A stretch of 64,000 nucleotides of DNA from Candidatus Woesearchaeota archaeon (GTDB taxonomy: Archaea > Nanobdellota > Nanobdellia > Woesearchaeales > ARS49), in the NCBI GenBank assembly GCA_019323015.1, contig JAHWHY010000008.1, forward strand, positions 225 to 64,224, in the 5' to 3' direction. A program made the position numbers and the translations under genes. The notes beneath the pieces are model-generated. The model did not search any database. It was not told the origin of the DNA and was given only the letters and a program-made list of their open reading frames with translations. Positions 17,453 through 27,869 of this stretch are shown here, piece after piece (the stretch's first letter is position 1; every line of letters begins with the position of its first letter).

Positions 17453-18249
17453 GAAGTATAATTGCAGCCCTAATTATTGCAATGATTATCTGCGTGGCAA
17501 CAGGCTGCAGCAATAATATACCGAATACGGTTTCAAGCGCAAATGATTCTGCTGTAGAAGAAACTCCTGAAGAAAAAGAAGCAAGGCTTGCAGAGGAAAA
17601 AGCTAAGGCAGACGCTGAAAAGATTGCAGAAGAGGAAGAAAAGATCATGCTTGCTAAAATTAAGAAGTCAATCAATAGCTCTGTTGAAGAGTGCAGGGAA
17701 ATTGAAGATGAATTTAATAACACGTTTTGTTTTGCAGAGCACGGCGTGATGCTGATGAAGCAGGCCAAAACTGATAGCAACCCTCACCCTGTTTTTAGCA
17801 AAGAATATCATCCAGTCTATAACTTGTGCGAATATGCAAATAATAGTGATTTATGCTATTTTTATGCTGCAGTTGTGCTTAAAGCACCTGGTTTTTGCGA
17901 TAAGGTTGAGGACAAGACCGGCTGTGAACTGCTTTCCAGCCATATGTTCTGCAGAAGAATGATTAATCCCAATCAATGCTTGCTGGACAAGGCTACACTG
18001 ATGCGGTTCATAAGCAAGAGTGCTGCAAAGCAAATATGCAGTCAGATGGATGAATTCAATAAATATCCTGATGCAGAAAAATATAATTGCAGTGAGATAG
18101 ATTTTGAAGAGGCAGAATACGACAGCGAGCCTTTCAGGGACAGGTTCTTTTTGATGTATTTCATGACAAAGATTATGGGATTTGAAGTGGACAAGACCAC
18201 TATGCGGGAATATGTAAGAGAAATGGTGGAAGAAAATGAACAAGACTAA
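17449..18249 (+). CDS. Cys-rich lipoprotein-like secreted protein
   Basis: The lipobox-like N-terminus is MRSIIAALIIAMIICVATGCSNN. An acidic coiled segment follows, then a Cys-rich domain. ATGA overlap with the upstream gene. Confidence 0.6.
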   Translation: MRSIIAALIIAMIICVATGCSNNIPNTVSSANDSAVEETPEEKEARLAEEKAKADAEKIAEEEEKIMLAKIKKSINSSVEECREIEDEFNNTFCFAEHGVMLMKQAKTDSNPHPVFSKEYHPVYNLCEYANNSDLCYFYAAVVLKAPGFCDKVEDKTGCELLSSHMFCRRMINPNQCLLDKATLMRFISKSAAKQICSQMDEFNKYPDAEKYNCSEIDFEEAEYDSEPFRDRFFLMYFMTKIMGFEVDKTTMREYVREMVEENEQD

Positions 18250-18454
18250 GATTATTGTGGAAATAATCTGTATTATCCTTTCAGTTTTTTTTATTTCCTT
18301 TGCTATTGAGAATAATATAGGAGGCTTGTTTGGGGTTTCTGTTGCAGGCGCAATTATTTTTTGGTCTGTTGTTCGCATCTGGAAAGAAATAACAGACGGC
18401 AAAAAGCTGTATTTGACAAGAAAAAACAGAAAATTCCAGATTCAAAGAAAGTAA
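18236..18454 (+). CDS. small two-TM membrane protein
   Basis: A 72-aa ORF with two hydrophobic segments (IIVEIICIILSVFFISFAI and GLFGVSVAGAIIFWSVV). It overlaps the upstream gene by 14 nt. Confidence 0.45.
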   Translation: MNKTKIIVEIICIILSVFFISFAIENNIGGLFGVSVAGAIIFWSVVRIWKEITDGKKLYLTRKNRKFQIQRK

Positions 18455-18532
18455 GTATCAAATTTAATATTTAGTTTTCCTGGAGAGGTGATTCAATATA
18501 GCGTTAGCTCTGGAAAACTAAGGAGGTTAAAA

Positions 18533-19717
18533 ATGGCAGATAAAAATCAAAAGAAAGATGAATTAGAAGTTAGGGTTAAATTATCAGGCAGGGAATTAAG
18601 ATTGAGAAAGATTGGGCTTATTGATCCTGTAAGGCACAAGGAAGAAGTTGCTGCATACCTGTCAGAGAATGGGCTAGCACTTCCAGAAAAAAGGATAATT
18701 AAAAGGCCAAAAAATGTGCCTAATATGACTACAATAAGAAGCCTGGCTGACAGAACAGTTGTGATGCAGTATGAATTTAATAGGTCGCTAAAATGGGTCC
18801 ATAATAATACATCGCTTAATAGGGTAAAAGAATTCTTTTTGCAAAAAGTGCTTGGAAAAAAGCTTATGAATCCTGATGAAGTCATTGACGCGCAACTGCA
18901 AAACATGAGTGATATTAATGCAATCTACAAAGATTTTGTGGATTATTCAATGCATTTGCTGCATAATCACCATAGCTTGATGCTTGACAGGCTGGATGAA
19001 AGGGGATATAATCGGGCAATGCTTATTGAAGCAATAAAAGCATGGAAAGAAATCTCTGAAAAGCACAAGACAGCAAGAAAAAGGCTGGCAGAAGAAAAAA
19101 AGAACAATTCTTTTGACAAGGTTCTAGCAGATGCTGTAAATGAAAACCAGCCCATGTCAGAATATGGGCCAAGAATTTTGCGTGTTACTAATGCAGAAAA
19201 AGCTATGTTAAGGGCTAATCATGATGAACAGGAATCCAGAAGAATAATCAATCTTGTATACAGGCAGGAACAGTACCTTAACACAGAGATGCGGTTCATG
19301 CTTGACCTTTACCAGTTGTCTTTTTTCATAGACGCGCATAGAATAGCTGCTTTGCAGCAAAGCCAGAACGTGACAAGAACCATTGAACAGACTAAAGATC
19401 TTGTTCATAATCTTGTGCAGGGAGGCAATTACGATGCTGCCTTGCTTGAACAACATGTTGGCTTAAACAAGAGTGTCAAGTACTTGTATGGATTTGTTTC
19501 TTCTGTTATGGACAATGTTGTTGCACTGCATAATTCCGGGTATCTGCAGCTGCCAAGCACTGACAAGACGCATATTTTTGGTGGCTTGAAAAGTGGATTC
19601 AGGAATTATCTCCTGGAGGATGCAGTCCTGGAAGACCTGGAAGAGCCAGGAATCCTTATCGACAGGATGGCTATTGCATTGCCATCAGAAATTGAAGTGG
19701 TTGAGGATGACAGCTAA
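18533..19717 (+). CDS. hypothetical helical protein
   Basis: The start is moved to ATG 18533 (MADKNQKK), which has AAGGAGG 6 nt upstream. No motif recognised. Confidence 0.55.
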   Translation: MADKNQKKDELEVRVKLSGRELRLRKIGLIDPVRHKEEVAAYLSENGLALPEKRIIKRPKNVPNMTTIRSLADRTVVMQYEFNRSLKWVHNNTSLNRVKEFFLQKVLGKKLMNPDEVIDAQLQNMSDINAIYKDFVDYSMHLLHNHHSLMLDRLDERGYNRAMLIEAIKAWKEISEKHKTARKRLAEEKKNNSFDKVLADAVNENQPMSEYGPRILRVTNAEKAMLRANHDEQESRRIINLVYRQEQYLNTEMRFMLDLYQLSFFIDAHRIAALQQSQNVTRTIEQTKDLVHNLVQGGNYDAALLEQHVGLNKSVKYLYGFVSSVMDNVVALHNSGYLQLPSTDKTHIFGGLKSGFRNYLLEDAVLEDLEEPGILIDRMAIALPSEIEVVEDDS

Positions 19718-20447
19718 AAAACCAGTAATAGATTTTCAGTCGCTTGTTGAGGATTCTGCGCAAGGCAGCAGTTGTTTTGCTGAATTGCACAGCGCTTACC
19801 AGGTAATTGCAAGCGGTTTGAAAAGCCTGTATGAAAAAACAGTCAAGAATCAGGTTTCTGCAGAAAAAAAGCTGATGAGCCATAAGATTGATTTGTTCAA
19901 TCTTGAGGCTAAGCTTGCAGACAGTGAACAAGCATATGAAACCTGCCTTAACAACAGCAGTGGTTCTTTGCTGTATCAGGCGTTTACAAATTTCAAGGGA
20001 AAAGTATTGCAGGCCAGGCAGAATAGTCATCTTGTTAAGCAGGATTTTTATGCAGGCCGCGTAATTGAAGCACAACAAAAAGCAGCGTCTTTGAATGACG
20101 TGGGAGACTTTCTTAAATATGCACTTAAAGAGTTTGAAGAATTATATTTTGTAATATGCGAGACTGACAAGAATCTTGCAATAGCTTCTGCTGCTTTCAA
20201 TGTTTTTAACGGCACTGAGCTTGAGGAAGGTATTGAAAAAGGCACAGCAAGGTCTGTTTTCTCTCTTTTTGTAGCATGCAGGGACTGGATAGAAGCTGTG
20301 GCTGCGAGGGTTCCTTCTTATGATTTCCGGGACAGGGATTTCAGGCATATAAATTCGCTAATTGAAGATGTTCAACAGGCCTGCAGGGAGTATGATCAAC
20401 AATTAGAACAAAAAGCAAGAGGTTTTTTTGAGGATGACTCTGACTAG
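19707..20447 (+). CDS. hypothetical helical protein
   Basis: The start is taken at ATG 19707 (MTAKKPVIDF), overlapping the upstream stop by 11 nt. No motif recognised. Confidence 0.5.
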   Translation: MTAKKPVIDFQSLVEDSAQGSSCFAELHSAYQVIASGLKSLYEKTVKNQVSAEKKLMSHKIDLFNLEAKLADSEQAYETCLNNSSGSLLYQAFTNFKGKVLQARQNSHLVKQDFYAGRVIEAQQKAASLNDVGDFLKYALKEFEELYFVICETDKNLAIASAAFNVFNGTELEEGIEKGTARSVFSLFVACRDWIEAVAARVPSYDFRDRDFRHINSLIEDVQQACREYDQQLEQKARGFFEDDSD

Positions 20448-21105
20448 TTGGCTTGCAGATTTTTTCAAAAGCAAAAACGAGTATTCAATGTATGAGATAG
20501 CTTCAAGAATAGTGAGATATCAGGGCACGTTGTTTTTTGAAAGAAATCAAGAAAACAAGACAGTTTTCAGGAATAATCTTGCAAAGGGCATTGCGGACAT
20601 GGAGTGTTGCCTTGAAAAAATCATAAGCTGTTTAAAAAGTGAAAAAGACGGCTTGAGGCATAGTTTGAAAGACAGGCATCTGCTTGCTAAAGAAGGTCTT
20701 GTTTCTCTGCATGAAGCTGAAATCAATAAGAACTTAAAATATATTAGGAAACAGGGATTGGATTGGTTTGGTGATGCAGACCAGTATAAATACTTGTATG
20801 CTTTTTTTAAGAACAAGGATTCTGGCACGCCTGAAAAAAAAGTTATTTCACATATTGTGCAGACAATTGATTTGTTCATAAACTCTCAATATAATGCTGA
20901 GCAGATACTGCAGACAACAAGAAATCTCAAAAGGTCTGTTTCAGATTTTCCAGGCCAGATGTTTGATGAATGGCTTTATTATTTCTTTGATAAGATGAAA
21001 AAAAGCTTGTTCTGGCACAAGGATTGCAGCAAGTTCATGAACAAAATTTATGGCGAAGAGCTTGTAGAAGAAAGCGGGGTGGAAAAATATGCACTCATTA
21101 AATGA
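20434..21105 (+). CDS. hypothetical protein
   Basis: ATG 20434 is in frame; the track start at 20428 is TTG. It overlaps both neighbours. No motif recognised. Confidence 0.5.
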   Translation: MTLTSWLADFFKSKNEYSMYEIASRIVRYQGTLFFERNQENKTVFRNNLAKGIADMECCLEKIISCLKSEKDGLRHSLKDRHLLAKEGLVSLHEAEINKNLKYIRKQGLDWFGDADQYKYLYAFFKNKDSGTPEKKVISHIVQTIDLFINSQYNAEQILQTTRNLKRSVSDFPGQMFDEWLYYFFDKMKKSLFWHKDCSKFMNKIYGEELVEESGVEKYALIK

Positions 21106-21781
21106 TTTTAATGACTTCAGCACATCAAGTTATTCTGGAGATAATAATTTAAATGAATACCTGGGTTTTGCAGCAGGCAAAAAGCCAAAAAGCAGGAAAT
21201 GGCTTCTTGCATTGGCAGGAGCAGCACTTTTGGGCCCTTGTGTTTTGTTCTCTGGAGGAAGTTCCCCAACGCTTGAAGAGACTGCAAACATGGATGTTGC
21301 AAAAATAAATCAGAATTATAATCTTACTTTAACTGAAAGAGATGATTCTAACCCTTTTATCATAGATAAAAAACTGGTTGAGATTATAAGAGAAGAAACA
21401 GAGGACTGTGATACTGAAATGGAAAAAGCAGAGGCAATCTATGACTGGATGGATGATAATGTTGATTACAGCGAGTCCCGGATTGTGGGATATAGGAATA
21501 GTTCTGAAGTTATTAATGACAAGAAGGGTATTTGCGGTGAAATGGCTTTTCTGTATATAACAATGGCCAGAAGTGTTGGGCTTGATGCGAAATATGTGAG
21601 TGTTGATAGGGATTTCAGGGGAAAAAGTGTGTTTCACGCCTGTGCTGCTGTAAAAGTGGATGGAAAGTATCTTCTTGTGGACCCTGCTTATCAGACCTTT
21701 GATATTGAGCATGAAAAGTTCCTGCTTCTTTCTGACAAGGAAGCTATTGATAGATTCAGAACTTGGAGGAAAAGAAAATGA
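21089..21781 (+). CDS. membrane-anchored transglutaminase-like cysteine protease-fold protein
   Basis: [26 protein letters not shown] ... [18 protein letters not shown] matches the Cys...His...Asp transglutaminase-core pattern (G.C..fa.l...l.R..GIpaR.V ... HaW.ev......DP). An N-terminal TM segment is present. Confidence 0.65.
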   Translation: MHSLNDFNDFSTSSYSGDNNLNEYLGFAAGKKPKSRKWLLALAGAALLGPCVLFSGGSSPTLEETANMDVAKINQNYNLTLTERDDSNPFIIDKKLVEIIREETEDCDTEMEKAEAIYDWMDDNVDYSESRIVGYRNSSEVINDKKGICGEMAFLYITMARSVGLDAKYVSVDRDFRGKSVFHACAAVKVDGKYLLVDPAYQTFDIEHEKFLLLSDKEAIDRFRTWRKRK

Positions 21782-22716
21782 GCTTAGAAAAGAAGTTAAG
21801 ATTTCCAGACAAAAATTCTGTTATAGGAAAGCTTAGGTGGGCGCCGATAAAAAAGGCGCTTTGGGGGCTGGGTGTTACTGCGCTTTTGGCAGGTGTTGCT
21901 TATGCTTACACCGCAGTCAAGTCTAATGCCAATTTTAATAAAAGCAATGATGTTGTTGCATTTGTTTCCAACAGGGATGGAAACCAGGAGATTTACAAGA
22001 TGTTTTCTGATGGTTCAAGACAGACAAGGATAACATATAATCATGTTCCTGATGTAAATCCAAGCATTTCTCCTGATGGCCAGTATATTGCTTTTGCCTC
22101 GCTAAGAGGAAATGACTGGGATATATATATTATACAAAACAACGGTAAAGAAGAAAGGATAACACTTAAGGGAAGGCAGGACAATCCGCATTGGTTCCCT
22201 TCAGGAAATGCGCTTTTCTTTGAGTCAACTGATGAAAGCGGGAAAAAATCATTGATTTGCTATGATTTTTCAAACATAGAAAATAATAAAACTATAACAA
22301 TATGCAATAGTCTTGAAGATTTTTGCACAAGTTTTTCCCCTGATGCAGTGCACTATACTGCAGAATTTGAGCAGAACGGAAAGAAACAGGTAAGATTTGT
22401 TAAAAGAGATGGAAATAATAGTGATTTTGTTTACTCAGGTCTGGATAATATCCAGTTTATTAGCTGGGATCCTTACGGAGTTAAGATTGCTTTGGAATCC
22501 AATAACAGGATAACAATTACAAGATACAACCAGGCTCCTGATTGGACAGATACTATTGAAGGCAGGCATCCTTGTTTTTCCCCTGATGCAGAAAGTATAA
22601 TTTACACTAATCTTGTTGACGGCTCTTGGAAACTGTTCCGTTATGACCTGAAAAAGAAAGAGTCAACACAGCTTACTGATGGGAATTGGGATGATGTTCA
22701 GCCAGACTGGAGGTAA
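21778..22716 (+). CDS. TolB-like beta-propeller (PD40/WD40-like repeat) protein with an N-terminal TM anchor
   Basis: [15 protein letters not shown]...DGSRQTRIT...[17 protein letters not shown]...DWDIYII repeats are typical PD40 blades. ATG 21778 has GGAGG 8 nt upstream. Confidence 0.7.
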   Translation: MSLEKKLRFPDKNSVIGKLRWAPIKKALWGLGVTALLAGVAYAYTAVKSNANFNKSNDVVAFVSNRDGNQEIYKMFSDGSRQTRITYNHVPDVNPSISPDGQYIAFASLRGNDWDIYIIQNNGKEERITLKGRQDNPHWFPSGNALFFESTDESGKKSLICYDFSNIENNKTITICNSLEDFCTSFSPDAVHYTAEFEQNGKKQVRFVKRDGNNSDFVYSGLDNIQFISWDPYGVKIALESNNRITITRYNQAPDWTDTIEGRHPCFSPDAESIIYTNLVDGSWKLFRYDLKKKESTQLTDGNWDDVQPDWR

Positions 22717-22717
22717 T

Positions 22718-23641
22718 ATGAAAACTCTTGTCAGCGCCAGTGGAAGGGTAAAGCGCACTGCCAGATGGAAACGCTTGCTGGGCAAGGCAGCATTACTAGC
22801 TGGATTAACCTTAGTGCCTTTGTATTTTGGATTGACATTCTATCAGAACCTAAGAATAAAAGCTGCAGAGAAGATTTGCGAAGCGAACAGTGTTTCTGAT
22901 TTAGAGCAGAGAGTCAGAGAGAATATTGACGGCACTTTGCTTAAAGAAGAGGGTTTAATTGCTTTTGTTTCTAACAGGTCAGGTAATGATGAAATTTACT
23001 TGATGAATTACTCTGGTGCAAATCAAAAGAGGCTGACATTCAATACCACTTTTGATGGGGACCCGGCTATTTCTCCTGACAAGAAACAGATAGCGTATGC
23101 TTCTTGTGAAAATGGGAATCTGGATATTTTTCTGATGGATTTATACGGCCTGGTGCGCCAGCAGATTACCACAGATGCTTCTAATGAAAAAAATCCTGAA
23201 TGGTCTCCTTGCGGAACATATCTTCTTTTTGAAACAGACAGAAGGAAAAACTGGGACATCTATAAGATTGATCTTATTGAAAGAAACATTTCCTCGTTTC
23301 GGGACAGGGATTGTTCTGAAAATAATCCCAAGATATCTCCTAATGGCTTATTTGTTGCTTATTCAGAATCAAATGAGGGTCGTATTTGCAATAGCAAGGG
23401 GCATGAAGCAAGATATCTTGGACATGATCTGTTCAGCCCGTTTTGGGAAAAAGACAGTTCTTTTTGTAATTTTACAAATGACCCAAATGTAATAATGGTG
23501 TATACCCCTCTTGGAGACAGGATTGTCTTTAATAAAAAAGTAGGCGGCTTTTGGCAGATATTCATCAAAAATAATCAAACAGGCATTGAAACCCAGCTGA
23601 CAAATACAAGTTCAAATAATTACATGCCGGATTGCAGATAA
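22718..23641 (+). CDS. second TolB-like PD40 beta-propeller protein with an N-terminal TM anchor
   Basis: AFVSNRSGNDEIYLMNYSGANQKRLTFN...DGDPAISPDKKQIAYAS...NLDIFLM are PD40 blades. ATG 22718 has GGAGGT upstream. Confidence 0.7.
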   Translation: MKTLVSASGRVKRTARWKRLLGKAALLAGLTLVPLYFGLTFYQNLRIKAAEKICEANSVSDLEQRVRENIDGTLLKEEGLIAFVSNRSGNDEIYLMNYSGANQKRLTFNTTFDGDPAISPDKKQIAYASCENGNLDIFLMDLYGLVRQQITTDASNEKNPEWSPCGTYLLFETDRRKNWDIYKIDLIERNISSFRDRDCSENNPKISPNGLFVAYSESNEGRICNSKGHEARYLGHDLFSPFWEKDSSFCNFTNDPNVIMVYTPLGDRIVFNKKVGGFWQIFIKNNQTGIETQLTNTSSNNYMPDCR

Positions 23642-23643
23642 AA

Positions 23644-24081
23644 ATGATATGTCAAAAAGACCTTGAAATAATTGCTCACCTCAGGCATAATGCTCGCAAG
23701 TCTTTAGTTGATATTTCTGAAATCACAAACATCCCTAAAAGCACGGTTTTTGACAAGATGAAACTGTTCCATGAGGATATTATCAAGAAATACACCACGA
23801 TTGTTGATTTTCCCAGGATTGGTTTTAATTTAAGGGTTTTTATGCTGTTAAAGGCCGTTGATGAGAATAAATTAAAGGATTTTCTTATGTCTCACAAAAA
23901 CGTAAATTCTGTTTTTCATGTAAATAACGGCTATACCTTTCTTGTTGACTGCATATTCCGGAATTCCAAGGAGTTATTTTATTTTAAGCAGGAGCTGGAA
24001 AAGCAAAAAACATCTCAAAAGCAGTTCTTTAGTATAATTGATGAGATTAAAAGAGAGGACTTCCTTTCCTTTATCAAGTAA
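23644..24081 (+). CDS. Lrp/AsnC-like transcriptional regulator
   Basis: DLEIIAHLRHNARKSLVDISEITNIPKSTVFDKMKLF is the HTH, followed by a VDFPRIGFNLRVFMLLK effector-type domain. Confidence 0.6.
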   Translation: MICQKDLEIIAHLRHNARKSLVDISEITNIPKSTVFDKMKLFHEDIIKKYTTIVDFPRIGFNLRVFMLLKAVDENKLKDFLMSHKNVNSVFHVNNGYTFLVDCIFRNSKELFYFKQELEKQKTSQKQFFSIIDEIKREDFLSFIK

Positions 24082-24132
24082 TTGCCTGTATGCAAAAGGT
24101 TTTTAAACCATTACTAGTTTTTCTCCTCTGTT

Positions 24133-27100
24133 ATGCAATATAATAAAGACATAGAGCCAGAAGTATTGAAGTTTTGGGAAGCTAATGATATTTATGAGAA
24201 GGTCAAGGCCAGGAACAAGGGAAAAGAAAAGTTCTATTTCCTGCAAGGCCCGCCATATACTTCTGGAAGACTGCATATAGCGCATGCCTGGAACAACAGT
24301 GCTAAAGATGTTGTGATGAGATACAAGCGTATGCGTGGTTTTGATGTCTGGGACAGGGCTGGTTATGACATGCACGGCCTTCCTACTGAAAATGCAGTGA
24401 TGAAAAAGCTTGGCTTGAAGACAAAAGAAGAGATTGCTGCTTATGGTGTTGATAAGTTTGTTAAAGAGTGCATCAAGTTTTCTAGTGATAATGCTTTGTT
24501 GATGGACAAGGACTTGTGGAGAGTCGGTGTCTGGATGGATTATGACAAGGCTTACTGGCCGATAAAGAAATATTATATTGAGGGCGAGTGGTGGCTAATA
24601 AAGAAAGCTCATGAGGAAAAGAGGTTATATAAGGGCAAGAAGGTCATGACTTGGTGTGCTTCTTGTGAGACTGCTTTGGCAAAGCACGAGCTTGAATATG
24701 AAACAGACCAGGATAACTCCATCTTCTTGAAATTCCAGGTTGAAGACAAGCCTAATGAATATCTAATCATCTGGACAACCACTCCCTGGACTATCCCGTA
24801 TAATTTAGCAGTTATGGTTAATCCAGAATTAGACTACGTAAAAGCAGAAGTTGATGGAGAGACATGGATTGTCTCAAAAGCATTAGTCAATGTTTTAATC
24901 AAGGGTTTGACAGATAAAGATTACAAAATCATTGAAGAATTCAAGGGAACTAAGCTTGAAGGCCTGCACTACAAGCATCCTATGATTGATGAAATCAAGA
25001 GTCTTCAGGAAGTGAAAAAGAGCCATAAGAATACTCATTCTGTGATTATGAGCACAGAGTATGTTGATGTTACAGCTGGTTCTGGTCTTGTTCACTGTGC
25101 TCCTGGCTGTGGTCCAGAAGATTATGAGGTTGGCATGGAGTATGATTTGCCTGCGTACAATAACTTGAATGAGCGCGGTATTTTTGAGGATATGGGCCCG
25201 TATGATGGCAAGCAGGCTAAGGTTGATGATAAATTTTTCATTGAAAAGCTTAAAGACATGGGTGTGTTGATTGAAGTCACCCCTGTTGAGCACGAGTATG
25301 CGCACTGCTGGCGCTGCCATAAGCCTGTTGTTTTCAGGGCAACTACTCAGTGGTTCATGAAAGTTGAGGATTTAAGAGAAAAATTAATCGATGAAAACAA
25401 GGATGTTTTCTGGGTTCCAGGCGATTTCAGCAAGCGTTATGATAATTGGATGGATAATTTAAAAGATAACTCTATCACAAGGCAGAGGTTCTGGGGTTGT
25501 CCTGTTCCTATTTGGGAATGTGAGAAATGCGGGAATGTCACAGTCATTGGTTCTGAAGAAGAGCTAAGGTCAAAGTCAGTTGATAACAAGGTTCCAGAAG
25601 ATTTGCACCGTCCTTGGATTGATGATATAAAAATCAAGTGCAAGTGCGGTGAAGAAGTCTCTAGAATTCCTGATGTCGTTGATGTCTGGATTGATTCTGG
25701 CACTGCTTCATGGAACTGTCTTGAATATCCTGCTAACAAGGAGCATTTTGAGAAATGGTGGCCTGCTGATTTTATTTTAGAGGCATCTGAGCAAGTTAGA
25801 CTATGGTACAGCATGCTTAATATCTGTTCAACAATTGCTTTTGGAAAGAAATCTTATGATGCTGTTTATTCGCATGGAATGATTCTGGACTGGCAGGGAA
25901 CCAAGATGAGCAAGTCTCTTGGAAATATTGTATCTCCTTATGAAGTGATTGACAAGTATAGCGCTGATATCTTGAGATATTACATGAATGAGACAACTGC
26001 AGGAGAAAACATTAATTTCAACTGGGAAAGCGTGAAGATAAAGCAGAGAAACCTTACTGTTTTGTGGAATATTCATAAGTTAGTCATTAATCTTGCTAAA
26101 GAATTGGGTGTTGATCCAGAGACTCTTGAGCCTAAGGAGGATTTGCTGGGTATTGAGGAAAAGTTCATGCTCTCAAGGCTGAATAGCACTATCAAACAAG
26201 TTACTGATTTATTTGAAGTGTATCAGATTGACAAGACAATCACCTTGATTGAAAAGTTATTCCTGGATTTGAGCAGGATGTACATTCAATTGACAAGAGA
26301 CAAGGCTTCTGTTGGAACTCCTGAGGAAAAAGAAGTTGTATTGTATACTGTTTATCAGGTCTTATTTGAGACAATTAAGATGTTTAATGTGATTGCTCCT
26401 TTTATCAATGAAAAGATGTATTTGAATTTCAAGGAGGTTTTTGATTTGCAGGAAGAGTCTGTAAATCTGTTGTCCTGGCCAGAGGCAGAAGAGGAATTTG
26501 TTGACGAAGAGGTTGAGAAGAACATGAATGATGCTTTCCTTGTGGTTCAATCAATATTAAATGCCAGGGAAAAAGCAGGTCTTGGCGTAAGATGGCCAGT
26601 CAAGGCAGTTGAGATTGTCACAAAAGATGAAGGCATCAAGCTTGCTTCAGATACAATGGATGCTATTATCATGCGCCAGACTAATGTTAAGGAAATTAAC
26701 ACGCATGAAGAATTTCCTGTGATTAAAAAGACTGCAAAATTGAATATTGCGCCATTAAAAGAAAGTTTTAATGATTTGGCTCCTAAGATTATTGCTAAGT
26801 TTGGCACAGAGAGCACAAAGAAGATAGCAGATAATCTTGAGAAAAAAGGAAAAGTTGAGTTGACTGTTGAGGCTCAGAAAGTTACTCTTCTTCCAGAGCA
26901 TGTGATACTTGACAGGCAGGTTCCTGATAATTTTATTGAAGTTGAGGTAAAGGGCGGCTTCATTTACTTGGACAAGACAAGAACAGATGAATTAGATGCA
27001 GAGGGTTATGCAAGAGAATCCATGCGAAGGGTTCAGGCTGCCAGGAAAAAAGCAGGCTTGCAGAAAGTTGACACTATTTCATTATACCTAAAGGTTGATG

Positions 27101-27264
27101 ATACACTAGCTAAAATGCTGGAATCCTGGTCAAAGCAGATAAAGGAAAAGTGTGGTGCTGTAAGCATCAAGATTAGCACAGAGCCTCCTGCTAAAAAGAT
27201 GGAATTTGAGTCGCAGGATAATATCAAGGGAAAGACTCTTGAGATATTCTTTGATAAGGTGTAA
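24133..27264 (+). CDS. ileS: isoleucyl-tRNA synthetase (archaeal type)
   Basis: HIAHAWN is the HIGH motif and KMSKS is present. The length is 1043 aa. The N-terminus ...IEPEVLKFWEANDIYEKV...FYFLQGPPYTSGRLH is IleRS-typical, and Cys clusters are present in the connective-peptide region. Confidence 0.93.
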   Translation: MQYNKDIEPEVLKFWEANDIYEKVKARNKGKEKFYFLQGPPYTSGRLHIAHAWNNSAKDVVMRYKRMRGFDVWDRAGYDMHGLPTENAVMKKLGLKTKEEIAAYGVDKFVKECIKFSSDNALLMDKDLWRVGVWMDYDKAYWPIKKYYIEGEWWLIKKAHEEKRLYKGKKVMTWCASCETALAKHELEYETDQDNSIFLKFQVEDKPNEYLIIWTTTPWTIPYNLAVMVNPELDYVKAEVDGETWIVSKALVNVLIKGLTDKDYKIIEEFKGTKLEGLHYKHPMIDEIKSLQEVKKSHKNTHSVIMSTEYVDVTAGSGLVHCAPGCGPEDYEVGMEYDLPAYNNLNERGIFEDMGPYDGKQAKVDDKFFIEKLKDMGVLIEVTPVEHEYAHCWRCHKPVVFRATTQWFMKVEDLREKLIDENKDVFWVPGDFSKRYDNWMDNLKDNSITRQRFWGCPVPIWECEKCGNVTVIGSEEELRSKSVDNKVPEDLHRPWIDDIKIKCKCGEEVSRIPDVVDVWIDSGTASWNCLEYPANKEHFEKWWPADFILEASEQVRLWYSMLNICSTIAFGKKSYDAVYSHGMILDWQGTKMSKSLGNIVSPYEVIDKYSADILRYYMNETTAGENINFNWESVKIKQRNLTVLWNIHKLVINLAKELGVDPETLEPKEDLLGIEEKFMLSRLNSTIKQVTDLFEVYQIDKTITLIEKLFLDLSRMYIQLTRDKASVGTPEEKEVVLYTVYQVLFETIKMFNVIAPFINEKMYLNFKEVFDLQEESVNLLSWPEAEEEFVDEEVEKNMNDAFLVVQSILNAREKAGLGVRWPVKAVEIVTKDEGIKLASDTMDAIIMRQTNVKEINTHEEFPVIKKTAKLNIAPLKESFNDLAPKIIAKFGTESTKKIADNLEKKGKVELTVEAQKVTLLPEHVILDRQVPDNFIEVEVKGGFIYLDKTRTDELDAEGYARESMRRVQAARKKAGLQKVDTISLYLKVDDTLAKMLESWSKQIKEKCGAVSIKISTEPPAKKMEFESQDNIKGKTLEIFFDKV

Positions 27265-27384
27265 AACCGAATGTTTTTTATGCTCAAAGTTCCAGAAAGG
27301 AACTTTGTTGTATAATATATATTTTCCATAATAACAATCCTTAAAAACAAACTGCCTTGTTTTTAAATAATGAGGTGTTCGTGA

Positions 27385-27567
27385 GTGAATATATCAAATG
27401 TATTAGTGTTATTGAGTGTTGCTGTGGATCATGTCAAGATTATTGCATCAAATAAAAAACAGTTAGAAGATAGAATCAAGAAACAACAGCAGGGCATTGG
27501 ATTCTTGATGGCGATTCTATTATTAGTTGGATTGATTGCCTTGGCAAGCATGCTTTGGATGTTTTAA
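27385..27567 (+). CDS. possible small tail-anchored membrane protein (GTG start)
   Basis: A 60-aa ORF with GAGGTG 8 nt upstream and a C-terminal hydrophobic segment GFLMAILLLVGLIALASMLWMF. No homology evidence. Confidence 0.25.
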   Translation: MNISNVLVLLSVAVDHVKIIASNKKQLEDRIKKQQQGIGFLMAILLLVGLIALASMLWMF

Positions 27568-27779
27568 AGAAGTTCTTTTGTTGTATAATCTGTTATTATC
27601 AGGATTACTATCCCTACAAACACAGATATCCATAAGCTGAGTGAAAGATTATTTGGAAAAAGATATATGTCCATCAGCCCCCATATTCCTCTCCAGAAGG
27701 AAATCACTGCAAAGCCTATTACAATTGCAAAAAGAAGCTTATGGGACTTTTTCTTTATCTTTCCTACTCTTTTCAGCAT
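27564..27779 (-). CDS. small two-TM membrane protein
   Basis: A 71-aa ORF with a basic N-terminus and two hydrophobic helices (LLFAIVIGFAVISFW and SLWISVFVGIVILII). Confidence 0.4.
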   Translation of the reverse strand: MLKRVGKIKKKSHKLLFAIVIGFAVISFWRGIWGLMDIYLFPNNLSLSLWISVFVGIVILIITDYTTKELL

Positions 27780-27869
27780 ATTCTTGCTTCAGCCAGACAC
27801 ATATTTAAACCTTTTGACTCCACTAAAAAATGAAAAAATATATAAACTAGTTCTTAAAACTTTTAAGCT

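Noticed and set aside
17433-18402. Minus-strand ORFs 17433-17780 and 17851-18402
   Set aside because: They are antisense to the plus-strand operon genes, which carry SD sites, overlapping stop-start junctions and signal or lipobox features. No independent support exists for them.
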